Source of the DNA: Catajapyx aquilonaris
Lineage: Eukaryota
Length of the DNA: 64,000 nt
Direction: 5' to 3'
Assembly: GCA_000934665.2 (NCBI GenBank)
Contig: KZ538082.1
Location: 1-64,000, forward strand
The notes under the pieces were generated by a model. That model was given only the letters and a program-made list of their open reading frames with translations. It searched no databases and was not told the origin of the DNA. Below, piece by piece: positions 52,388 to 64,000 of the stretch (its first letter is position 1; each line of letters starts with the position of its first letter). Made by a program: the position numbers and the translations under genes.

Positions 52388-55300
52388 TTAATTCCTGGTT
52401 CGGAAGCGTCCCTGCTGGTTGCTGGCCTGCTGCTGAGGCTGCTGCTGACTGCCGAGGTCAGCATTGTCTTCTTGGAACCTCGGCCTGGACGGACGCTGAA
52501 GAGATCCGTCGGCGTTGTTACCACCTTCCTCCAAGGGTGGAGCAATGGTGGTGGGGACGTCGCAGTCCTCGGTCGGAGGAAGGACGCATCTCAGAGACCT
52601 CTTGTCGAAGACCAGCATGGCAGGGCACCGCTGAAGACGAGGGTATCCTCCTTGGCACTGCCAGTAGCGGTTGCAAGACTTGCCCAGAGGAACGTTGCCG
52701 TTGGCGTCGTCCTTGCACAGAGCTGGAGGCAGGAAAGGAGATAACACATGTTTCAGGCACCTTTGGGTCGCGTGCTACTTTGTTGCTAGTTCACATGTAC
52801 TCTATGCATGCATTAAGTGCTTCCTTGCTGGGGAGGAAATTGTGTGTTGGGATCGTTTCCGCTGGTTGTTAACATGCAAGATACTGTATCTTTGCGTAGA
52901 TTTCACGCCTAATACCAGAAGTATTGTTTTGCGTAGATTGCAAGATTGGTAGATTTCACCAAATTCTGTGTGAAATATTACGAAACGTTCCTCTGATAAA
53001 GAGAAATTATTGAACAGACCGAGCAAGAACATATGTGAATGGACAGTAATTTCTGAATTTCCAAGATAGTGCACTGCCCATAAGTTCCTAGTTCAAGAGG
53101 GGAGCACAAGTTGCTCCTCTACCAGTTGGTTACTGTTCATATAACCTTTTCCCCTATACATTTCTTTGGCCTGGGTAGTGTGCCATAACAGTCACGTTAC
53201 AATGGTTAATAACTCCACCAGGCGTTTGGTAAAACTTGGCATGCACACGATACCCTGCATGTGTAGTCAACACATTTCAGAATCTAACCTTATAGCAAAG
53301 GAGCTGCAGCCAGCCTTTCAAACTGAATCTCGGTAACATTGTAGGAGAAAGAACACAACTTAATTAAGTTTGATGGTATTTTCCAGAACGCAATGATTTC
53401 TGCCGAAAGCAATATTACTGGCATTAACCTACCAATAAATATTGTTGATATAACATGTTACTAAAGTTCCTTCTCATGATAAATAATGCGACAAAGAACA
53501 TTACTGTACATTGCACTAGGCCTATTTGCCTCATGATTTGTAATGTGGACATTCCATGAAAGAGATAGTCTATATCAGCCCGAACTTTCATATAACTCGA
53601 CACAATGCATTATTCATGCAGCATCTGCATACACCCCACCCAGTTGGTATACACTCACGGTGCTTTTGGCATCCTGGTACATTTTCTGGCCAGTCGCAAG
53701 AGTGGGTATCTTCGTTGTAAAGCAGTCCTCCGATGCACTGCAGTTCGGTGGCAGTTCCGTTCCAGCATGTCCAATAACGCGTGCAGGAAGTCTCATGACC
53801 GAAGATTCCGTACAGCCAGTCGCAGTGTTCCGTTCCAATGGGAGGATCTGCGAGTAAGCAATTTTTCCTTATTAGCAATCAAGGTCACCGTTTACCATCT
53901 CCTCTCTACATAATTTGTTCACAATGACCAGAAGAGTGTAGGAAAGTAGCCATGAAAAGGTTGTTAACACGCCATTATTTTTGCATGCAAAGTGTTTCGT
54001 GCTTAATGAAGAATATATAAACAAAAGAAACATTTTCACATAGACTAAGTATGTATATACAATAGGAGATCCACACAGGCGAGGGAGGACTTTCAGTTTC
54101 CTTCCGGCGACCTCCTTCCTACAGAAACAGAAGGGCAGAAGGTAACGAGTGACCACGTCACGAAAAACGGAACATGTTAGAAGAGTCCATCAGCACACAG
54201 AGGAAGGCAGAAGAGTGTCCAACGGGCCAGACGGTGTCATCTTCATCGCCGAACTTACTGGCATGCTGCTTTCCGTCACAATAATTGCTTCTCCATGGAT
54301 AGTCACAATTGTCAGCCACCCCTCGGTTCCTCCCGGCAAAGACAAGTCCGTTGGGGCAGTCGAAGAGTTCCGGCTGTCCTCCGATGCACTCCCAGAACCG
54401 GTCACAGTAGGTCACATCTCCGACGACCCTGCTCTTGGCCTGGCACGGGTCAGCCTGGTCGTTCCGCTGCCCTACACCTGAGGAACCAACAAAAAGGTCA
54501 GACAAGTCATGCTGCGTGTTACTCACTTCTTTTGGGCCTCGTGCTGCAGTCCACCTCGTAGTTGTAGTTGCACACTTTGAAAGGAGAGGACAGGCTTACG
54601 AAGCCGGTGTAGGACAACCCATTGGGACAGTCCCGGACCTCCTGCTGCTTATTGTCACCCACACAGGCGTAGTACTTGTCGCAGTACTCCTCATGCGGTG
54701 CGGTCTTCGATTTGGTCGTACATGCATCTTGTGTCATGGCTCCAGTCGAAGGGAAAAAGAACATGAGGTAAGATGAAACTCTCAAAGAGAAAACGTCAAA
54801 TCTCGGTCGACAGATGCCATATGCCACGCATGTGATTTTCACGCTTAAGGTTATGCAGAAAGAAGTGCAGCTCTTCACGAGGCGATGAGCAACAAGGGAT
54901 CATTTCTTTCCGCCAGTTTTCAAGATGAGCGCCCAACAATCGGCCCACCAACCTAATTGCTCCAGGGAAAGCGCTTTTGGTGAGAACCTTGACTACATTT
55001 GGACCCCCCACTTGCTTTCTCAGGAACATACGGACCATCGATGCGCAGCCCAAGAATGTTCGCATGATTTTCCCTATCGGTTGGGCAAGCCAGCAGTATG
55101 GTGTCTGCTGCATGCAGTTGGGAGGGGCAGAATCCACCGAGGGTCGCCGAACTCCAAGTGGGTGACTTGGGCGAAAGGGGCCTCAACTACTATGCACACA
55201 CACATTTACCTCCAGGTCCTTTCTCTCTGCTCGACGACCGCCGGAAGTTCCAGCTGCTTCTTACTACTGGAAATGTAGCCTCCAAGGATGCAATCACTCC

Positions 55301-56592
55301 ACTTGACATTCAACTATTTTTTTAGTCAATTTGTATAATCTAAAACCGGTTCAAGAATGCAAGCTTGGGATCAAAAAGCCAGCTGCCCTCCATTATAGCT
55401 GCGTTAATAATACACGCCAGGCTGCATTCTAAGCACCATCGTAAAAACGCTCCAAAGCGGTTTTTAATTGTCTGCAACATGGGAGTGAAAGTGTTTCTAA
55501 GAATATGAGGACATTTCTTCAGGAGAATCTGAATGATTTGTCTCGCCATGTATTGGTTCTTCATTGAAGACCTTGGATGCCTCGGAGGCATGCCAGGCAA
55601 GGAAGGGCATTTTCACTTTCTCCAGAGCGTCTCCGTACGTGTGCAGTACGGTACACTGGATGGGTGTGCAAGCGGGAATAAATATTCCGAGGCCTTGGGT
55701 TTCGCTTCAGAAAAACACTTTACTGGACACTTTCTCCTCATTAAAGGGTGATCCTCCTTTTTTTCCCCTGCCCAATGCCAAGGGCTATTTCTGGAAGTTC
55801 CTGGTGGAACAAGGTGATGTTTGTCATTTCTGGTAGGCATTGTTGCACCCACTTCTTCCTTCACATTTTATGAGTTAATTCTCGTTTGTACACACTGTAG
55901 GTGGAGAGGCAATTAACGCCCATATCTGCCCACAAGTGGCGGTATTTTTCTTTGGAAGATTTTACATGTCTTGAACTTTAGATTATAGAGGCTTGCCCAC
56001 CATGGGAATTTGTACGCAGACGGAAGTGTCAGATTATGTCAGGATGGCACAACGAGGACCTACAAACAATGGATGCAAATGGCTATTACAGTGAAAATGA
56101 AATTTGAAGTGAAACTGGGAACTTTCGAGGGCTTCCTAAAGCGCCTTTCTTTTATGCCAAAGAAAATAAGCAAAAAATGCTTTCACGTGCATGTAATTTG
56201 CCAGTGCAAAGAACACTGCTCTTACAGAACAAAGACTGACAGACACGACATTGAAAGTGATATTAACATAATATTTCAACATGTTAGTAGATACAATTGT
56301 TTTCTAATGACTTGAAAAACCTAACTGGACCCACCTGGCAATTCAGCAAAAACTAGTCGCAGATCTTCATACTTTTATGGAACCAGTCGATCGCTGGCCA
56401 TAAAGTGCCAATTATCCTTGAGAAGATACCAAATGACTTTCATATTGAATTGCGCATAGAGCAGTCATTGAACTCGAGAACTTCATGTTCTATTGCATAA
56501 CATTCTTGCATTTTTCTTATAACATAAATCGTGACAAACTCACCATTGGCCACCAGCCCAACAAGCAGCAATCCTGAAGCAAATGCCCACAT
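52388..56592 (-). CDS. CPAP3-D2: CPAP3-D2 (obstructor family), Gln-rich C-terminal tail
   Basis: Exons 56592-56544 (MWAFASGLLLVGLVAN), 54477-54259, 53847-53659 and 52722-52388. Motifs VVGDVTYCDR.WEC..DCPNGLVFAG..CDYPWR, PPIGTEHCDWLYGIFGHETSCTRYWTCWNGTA and NGNVPLGKSCNRYWQCQGGYPRLQRCPAMLVFD. Confidence 0.93.
54527..54739 (-). CDS. CPAP3-D2: Second (alternative) domain-1 exon of CPAP3-D2
   Basis: 213-nt phase-1/phase-1 exon: MTQDACTTKSKTAPHEEYCDKYYACVGDNKQQEVRDCPNGLSYTGFVSLSSPFKVCNYNYEVDCSTRPKR. Six Cys intact; donor A|GTGAGT; atypical acceptor (ttcccttcgactgGAG). Confidence 0.78.
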
Positions 56593-59500
56593 GACTTCCT
56601 TCCTTCCTGACCAAACTTCGAATGGAACACCTCGCGCCTAGTGAGAGTCTGCTGAAAGAGTTGGAAGGTCGTCCCACTCCAACCAGACGCTGCAACTTCT
56701 TGTTACTGTTCCTCAGACGTCAATTCCAGAAGCTGTCGAGGATGAACCTTCAGCGACCACCACTTGAGTTGGGTCGCAACACAGTAATACCGACCTCCAG
56801 CTCTTCCTCACCGATGTCTTATAGGAAACTGGGCGAGGTCCTCCATCTCCCCTCCTTCTTGTTGGCCACCCTCCTTCTCCATCTCCCCGTCCCAACCCTT
56901 CCCTCCCTCCCTCCCTCCAAAAGCACCCCACACCCCCTACTGAAGGACTCTCACCTTCCTGGCCAAGTGACCTCAATCTTCACTCTTCCACGCCGCACGC
57001 CAACCTTCTTCATCAGTCTGATATGCTCGGGACGCAACAAAGACATGGGGTGAGGGGTGGTAAGGGAGGGCAAATAAATAAAAAAAAATGTTGAAAAGTG
57101 AGTAGGCTTCCGACCGGTTGCAACAGATGCTGCAGCCACTTCTTGGACAGCTTCATTATAAAAGAGACGTCAAGTTCAGTCCCACGCCCATGGTTGTTTT
57201 ACTGATATTGCATTATTGCTGCCATCAAGGTCCATTGTTGAGCTCTGATTTTAAAGGGGGCGAAAAGGGTTGGAGGCAAAAAAGTGGGTTTAGGGTGTAT
57301 TCAAAGCTCGAAAGTGGCATCACATGCAGATGATCGTGTTAGATGCTTGCGTTCAATTCGCATGTACTTAGATGATGAAAAAAAAACATTTGGGAAAAAG
57401 TTATTACTTTCTATAGATTTTTTGTGCGCAATGACACATTTGGAACATTTGCATGGCTTGGGATGAAATCAAAATTTAAAGCAATTTTTGTTACAAAGTA
57501 AGTAAAACGCTACTGTTAAATTTCACAGCAGGACAATAAATTGCTGTACACAATTAGATTACGCGTACAAAAAGCATCCCGGTTTTGACAATGTGTGTCA
57601 CATGAAGTGCTGTAATTCAAATCAAAGCAAATCATACAATCTCTTTGATCTTAAGATTCCAATCACCCTTGGAGATTAGAAAGGGGGGTGTCTTAACCTT
57701 GCAGTTAATATAATTGGTATAATTTGTCTGGAAAAATAGTTTTTTTCATATTGATGGCCACTCTGGAGATGAGATTTGGAGCAGAGTGAATCTTCTGCAC
57801 ACAGTTAGTTTAGAAAGGAAGTACTGCAAGAGAAAGGAGGAGGTGAAAATCGGCAGTAGGAGGTGAGAACATTCCTATCTTAAAAACGATTCACAAATAG
57901 GATAAAGGGAGGAAAATTGACCGTACTAGATTTCGTGGTATTTCCCTCTATTGTAGGGCCACACATGAGGAAGTGCTCTTGTTACGTGACTTGCTCCATA
58001 TTGAATCTAGCGTACTTTCTGTTGGAAATCAGCGAACATTATACAAGCTCAGGAAAATTAAGCGATGCCTCAAAAATCTTTAACAGTCAGTAATTTTAGG
58101 TCAAGATCAGACAGAAAAATTCTCATATCCAGACACGCATGCATACAAAGAGACTCATAAATCAATTTCATATGCTGCACATTTTAGTGTCTTACACTAA
58201 TTATTTCAAAGTAGGCTGCAATCAAACGGCGGAACATCAGAGAAATGGTCAATAACAGTCCTTTCTCTTCTTTGCGAATGGTTTTCACGCTCTTGACTCT
58301 TTTCCCCTTCTTTCCTCATTTGCCTGTAATTTCTTTAAGAGCAAAAACAAACCTTTTCATCCTCCCTTGCCGTTAAAATGAAAGGGGGCTTGATACCCAA
58401 AATGAGGGTTGTCCTGCTCACAACATTTGACAGCGAGGTTATACAAATACGGACATGAACAATACCCGAAGAGACGGGCTAATGCTTCGTGTGCAATATA
58501 GGTCGCCATACACCAGTGGATAACTTCGACCTCATTATTCCGGTTATGAAAACCAGCAGACATGAATTTATATCTTCCCACGATTGAATTAGACGAATGA
58601 GAATGGTAACGAAGGGCATTATAATGTTGACTTTTCTTTTGGCTCCCATCACTTTGAGGAAGCAAAAGTGTCCTCCACTTTCACTTAGCAGAAGAGCATT
58701 ATATTGCTCACGTAGCCAGAAGTCCAACAGCACTATACAGTAATAGGGAATGTATACTGGGATGAAAGCCAGGCGACAACACACATGTTTATTTCAGACT
58801 CTGAAGCGAATGCATCACGTGGATGACGGCTTTCGACCAGTTTCTCCCAGTTGGAGGTCGAGCTGCATCTTTCACTCAGACTCTTACTTCTTTTGGCCTA
58901 ACTTGGCGACCTAGACCTTCAAAAAAGAGATGGCATCTGGTTAGGAGAGGCATGACTTGTTAGTCCGGTCTATTTTTGGGTGCTTGTCCGTGAGAATCTT
59001 CTTCGGAAGATGACTTACAATGTGATGGTACGTGAAACTAACCGATTTGTATTCAATGCAGTGACCTCACCGCATCGTAATGGTTAACCTTCACCTTTTT
59101 ATAGGTTCCCTGGCATTTTAAAAAGTGTTTAAAGATATACAGAGTTTATGGTAGGAAATAGGCTAAAATTAATCACGAGCGACCTACTCCTCCAGGCTAT
59201 GGAAACCCAACCTGTCCGCCAGCTCCCCAAAGAAAGGTCATCACAGTTTCAAATATTATTATAGCTTTCTACCTCGCACTAATTGGAAAAGCAGCGATCG
59301 AATGATAGTATCCGACGAACCATGTGACCAAACCAGATACCTTGCGCTCTTTTACGATGTCACCTCTCTTAATAAGGACTTACTCTGCAAAAATTAATAA
59401 CAAACGAGCTATGTCTGTGTAGGAAAGGAATTCTTAAGTAATAATAAGCAATACACTTCCGCTGTTTGGTTGGAAATTAATTATGTGTAGAAGCAGAAAA

Positions 59501-60185
59501 ACTGCTTTCACTTTTTCTGGCTCGAGTCCTTCCCCACTCTCACTTTTCATTGCGTGTCACAAGTTGGTACTCTGGTTAGGTACACACACTATACTTGAGG
59601 ATCAGGACTCGGCACATACACACCCATACACAATAAGTGCTTCCGCGCTTCATTTTAAAAGTTATGTGCTTTTTTGCCGGCCTGAAGTCTGTTCTCGTCT
59701 TCTTTGACCTAGTGTGATGGCCTACTTTGATACACTGGCATCTGGAAGAGGAAGCTGTTAATTAGAAAGATTCCCAGGGTCATATAATATGTAATGTTTG
59801 ATTCTGATTGTCCTGTCATTGGCTGCGTTAATGGCAGCCAAGCCGTAAAAAGAAGGTGGTTCTTGAGTTCCAATGGCCTAGTAATAAAATACTACTTTCG
59901 CTCCTTACGTGAAAAAACGTGCAAAGTGATCGCACCAGGACATGGAATCGCAGGCCCCATTGAAATTACGCCACCGTCTCACGATATCAACCATTTCTTT
60001 GTAACCTGTGGCTTTTTTCCCGCGAGCATAATGTACTTGGTAAGGACATAAATCTACTGGAAAGCATGAGCAATACCCGATCGACTGAGCAGGAAGTCTT
60101 GGTTCAAATCGAGCGGGTTTCGATTCATCTGGCAACCACGCTTAGACAGGACCATTCACCTGGCAACACTTGACAGGCCAAAGCA

Positions 60186-60196
60186 AAGATGGCGGC
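60186..60196 (+). promoter_or_regulatory. YY1/Pho-type motif AAGATGGCGGC at the 5' end of mRpL30
   Basis: Matches the YY1 consensus common just downstream of housekeeping TSSs. Its ATG opens a 6-codon uORF (60189-60209). Confidence 0.55.
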
Positions 60197-60341
60197 CTCC
60201 TGGTCCTGAAAACGAGTTTTGTGATTCGCATGGTTCCAGGATTGACCTGCTCCCGTTCTTCCTAGGTCAGAGGTTAGGGTCACTCTGGAGTTGTCATTTG
60301 GGCTTGTTGCATGTCAGCTAATTTGTTTGCAGTTGCAGGTC

Positions 60342-62336
60342 ATGATGATCCGAGTTGCTGCACATTTGCGGTTGCTGCAGCCGCATGCATGTGGTGCTAC
60401 ACCAGTGCTGAGCAGACGGTATGCTTACAACAGGGGCACACGAGATCCGTCTCAGCATGGACTGACCTTGAAGGGTGATCTCAACAAAGCTATCAAGATA
60501 TCGGGAGGATTTGAGTATTGGCCCAGGTTAGTTGTTGTGGAGAGAGAGCTTCCCGTAGAACCATTTTGAAGGCAGGTAATGATTGTATGCTTTGTAGACA
60601 TAAGTTCAGATGGCATTGCATAATGATCCAAGCTAGTGGGTTACTCAACTACCAGACATAAGATTTTTGGCATTTAACGTCTGCCATGTTCACTTGAGAT
60701 AAAGTAGCCTAATAGTGAGCGGTTAAGATTATGTTTGAAAGATTAATTATTTATTCCACCTTCTAATTCCCTACATGGGGTTGAAGGCCACCAGCCATGG
60801 GGCATGAAGCCATGGGATCAAACTTTGCTTGGTCATAGGGCATTCATGGGACAATATTATTATTGTTTGTGTCCCTTGGTAGGTTAACCATTCTGGTTAT
60901 TATACAGGGCGTTCCAGAGTAGTTAACTCTTTTAAAGCCTTAATCAGCTTACGTTAAAGCAGGCTCTTTCCAACAATAAATTTTATGAGTTAGAAGAACT
61001 GCTAATATTAGGCACAAGGACCTGTCCACTAATGAAAAGGATGTCATGCAAACCCTGCAGTGTATTACAATCAGCGTGATTTGGTAGAGAGTTTGGAAGT
61101 TTCAAGTCTTTTGCTCCTGCATATAGTTATGTAACAAGGCAACATGTGTATCTTATGTGAAAGTGAAATAAGAATTCTTAATGGCTTTGTTATTTTCCCT
61201 TATTTATATTTAGAAACAATTACAACAGGCAGCTGGTACATTTACAAGTCACAAAAAGAGGAATTTGTGGTGTAATTCTTATTTCATTTTCCAACTGCTG
61301 GAAATATTGAAATGTGTTGAAAAGGCCCATTTATTGGTCAGACTGAAGGCCAAGCAAACTGGAGGTTACAGAACCTTTATTACAATGATCATTCATCTCT
61401 GGGCAAGAAAGAAAACATTTTCCAGTTGTTCATATGCGTGATTTGCTTACGGCAACTGGGGAGGCGGAGTGGCGCTGCGGTAACGTTCGCGTCCACGGAT
61501 GTAAGGATCCCGGGTTCGATCCCAAGCCTGGGCTTGCCCCCCTTCATCTCATGCAGAGTTGGGTCGTCTCTGGCTTTGTCTCAGGTGGGATTCCTTAAGA
61601 CCAACCACCCTAGGGAGTTCACAAAATGTACCATATGAGTAATTGCACTGGACATTGGACATCCCCTCCTACTAATTCCTGCCTGTGAGCCCAGGCACTT
61701 CGCTAATGGTTCCAGTCATGTACAAGTTAATAATAAAGGTCCGTGCAATACCTCAAGAGGGGTCTAATCACTACCATGAATTATTTTTTTTAAAGCAAAA
61801 AAAGGTCCAAATGTCAAGAGGGAAAGGGTTACATGTAAATTTATATTTTAAATTGCTGCTTTCATTTAGATACCCTGATGTCGAGGATCCTCCACATGAG
61901 CCAACCAAACTTTTTATGATCAAGAGGATAAAACCACTAAAAGGCCAGCCTTACTGGGACAAAGAGGCATTAAAAAGATTCGGCCTCGATGGTCCTGTAA
62001 GTATTTAGAGTAACCTATGACTTGGACAGAGTTTGACATACCTAATTACAGTATCGTCAGGTGGCCATTGTGAAGAACATCCCAAGTGTGTGTGCCGCAC
62101 TATACAGACTCAAGCACCTGATCAAGATCACCCCTATCACTTTCCCTAATGGGCTACCTGAAGAAGGCGACTACCTGGGAACAGAACTAAGGGAGAATGG
62201 AGAGTTTGTTGTGTCACAGAAGCTGAAGGTGGATCCAAAAATGTTGGAGGAGCCAAGTGAGGAAAAGAAGCGATACACTATGGACAAAGACACCTTGAAA
62301 AGGAGGCTTATGCTTGAGTGGAACAATCCTTGGTGA
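60342..62336 (+). CDS. mRpL30: Mitochondrial ribosomal protein L30 (uL30m)
   Basis: Exons 60342-60526, 61870-61996 and 62052-62336. Basic presequence, then motifs YWPRYPD..DPP.EPTKLF..RIKPLKG.PYW.K..L..FGLDG and IVKNIP.V.A.L...KHLIKITPITFPNGLP....GT.L.ENGE. AATAAA at about 62370. Confidence 0.93.
61457..61790 (+). mobile_element. tRNA-derived SINE, family A, copy 2 (mRpL30 intron)
   Basis: A box GTGGCGCTGCGG and B box GGTTCGATCCC. The body (ccttcatctc.tgcagagtt..ctctggctttgtct..gttcacaaaatg..aataaaggtccgtgc) matches the reverse complement of 549-868. Confidence 0.85.
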
Positions 62337-62474
62337 AGTGAGAGTAACATGATGGCATCTCTAGTTATGAATAAATAATAATTGTACTCTTTAATTTTAC
62401 CATGGATTGTCATATTTGCATTGAGGCATGTGTTAGGGCAAAGAGTACATATTTAGCTTTATAAATGATGATTA

Positions 62475-62838
62475 GGGGAGACTTGGTGGCTGAGATGGTA
62501 ACGTCTCAGCTTGCTGAGTGAAAGGTCCCAGGTTCGAACCCCACCCAGGAGTTCCCATTTCCCATTTCCCTGCGTCAGGAGGGTCTCTGACTCGTGCCTT
62601 GGAGGCCTCGGGCAACCTAGCCTCCAGGGGGACTGCACATGACCCATTTTCTGACATTGCACCCGCACCCGTGTCTCTTCCCCCCAAAAATCCCATCCTA
62701 ACTCCATGTCCTTTCTTCCTTGCACTGGAGTTGAAGAAAAGTATAACAAAATTGAATTTAAGGTGGTTCTCCACCCCCCTAAAAGAGCTCCGTTAGAGCT
62801 CTCTAATAGGGTAATGTTAAAAACAACAACAACAACCA
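62475..62838 (+). mobile_element. tRNA-derived SINE, family B
   Basis: A box GGTGGCTGAGATGG, B box GGTTCGAACCC, (CAA)n tail, and a 7-bp flanking repeat ATGATTA at 62468-74 and 62839-45. Confidence 0.75.
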
Positions 62839-64000
62839 ATGATTATGTGTGATGTTGAATTTTCAGAGATGACAAGGTCAATTTTTATAACATAAGAATG
62901 AGACTGGTTGTCAATTGCAATATGCCATGTGATGGGGTATGTCACAGTGTGCAGTCATGTACAGACTATTATTGATTTCATTTAGTGCCAGTTTCAGTGA
63001 ACAAAAGCTATATATACAAGGCACCATCAAATATGGCTGTTGAAACCATTGGGCTAAAAATGATTCACAATCTAATATTGTTACCTGTGGACGTTTTAAA
63101 TTTTAAATATCATTATCTGCACTATTTCTAGTTTTAAGTCTCTGTTGATTGCGCTTCTTGTGCAATTGTTGGGGAAAGAAGTACAGCAAATATCTGCTCA
63201 TGCACTCTTGAATTTATGAGCACTACCAATTCAATACCTTAAGCTTTGTAGCACCAAGAGCTAATGGTAGCACACATTAGTGTCCTATTCATTTCTGGTA
63301 GGATTTTAAAATTCCATAACTTTTTATGCATGGGAGCAATTCCACGAAAATGTCAACATGACAGCCATGGAAAAAAAATTATCATAGGAGAAAATTTTCT
63401 CTGCACGTTCAAAGGGCATAGTCCAAATTTTATTGCAGTACACAGAGACTCTCGTTTCGTACATGTGTGAAGGTGTGGAGACGACGTACACATGTGACTC
63501 ATTTTGCATGGGTGCACAAGCTCACTGAGGAAGCACACAAAGAAACGGTCGTCGCAATTTGCACATGTGACTTGCTGAAATGTATCCGCGCAGAATAGTT
63601 ACCTACGATTATCACAGTGCAAATGTATATGCGGAAAAACTAGATTGAATATTTCCGGAGTTACACGGACCAATAATCAGTCACCCCTCCCTAGAACGGG
63701 TAACGTCCGTAATGAGAACACGACAAAGTTCCTGTCACATGGAGGGTAAGTTGTCGATCGCCACCATTCTTCGTATCTAATTTTGGGTCATCAAGGGAAA
63801 TGATGTGATGACACAATTTCCTGAAATTAATGTCCATTAATTGGGCTAATGTGCGTTACGGACGTTAGCTGTTACGTCCGTAACGGAACTTGCTCGATAT
63901 CTAACTGCATCCAAAATGAATAAACATGAACATAATCAAGACCACACAATGCAATCATATCATGCCAATTAAAATGCGGCGATTAAATGCGCCAATTAAA

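Noticed and set aside
61457..61530. tRNA-like sequences here and at 62475-62550
   Set aside because: A/B boxes are present but run into repeat bodies with simple-repeat tails; these are SINE heads, not tRNA genes.
1..64000. Prokaryotic-type systems (CRISPR arrays, operons, defence islands)
   Set aside because: The sequence is spliced arthropod DNA; no regularly spaced repeat-spacer array or bacterial-like ORFs were seen.

Overview
Eukaryotic, intron-containing DNA from an arthropod (short introns of about 54-64 nt; species not identifiable from the sequence). The window is dominated by a compact cluster of eight obstructor/CPAP3 genes at 3.2-56.6 kb. Each encodes a signal peptide plus three ChtBD2/peritrophin-A chitin-binding domains. 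In order: a divergent E-like paralogue with a Gly/Ser linker (-), Gasp/CPAP3-C, obst-E, obst-B, obst-A (A1), CPAP3-A2 and Peritrophin-A/CPAP3-D1 (all +), and CPAP3-D2 (-). mRpL30 (+) follows. All seven recognised CPAP3 classes therefore sit together. Two genes (Gasp and D2) carry a tandemly duplicated, frame-symmetric exon for chitin-binding domain 1 that looks like a mutually exclusive exon pair; in D2 the two exons are only 49 nt apart. Intergenic DNA holds a CACTA/EnSpm transposase relic interrupted by a SINE with a 13-bp TSD, two tRNA-derived SINE families, a TA-flanked hairpin MITE, and LINE and MULE-like relics. Gene models were built by hand from splice sites and reading frame. Orthology calls rest on remembered family motifs, not on a database search.
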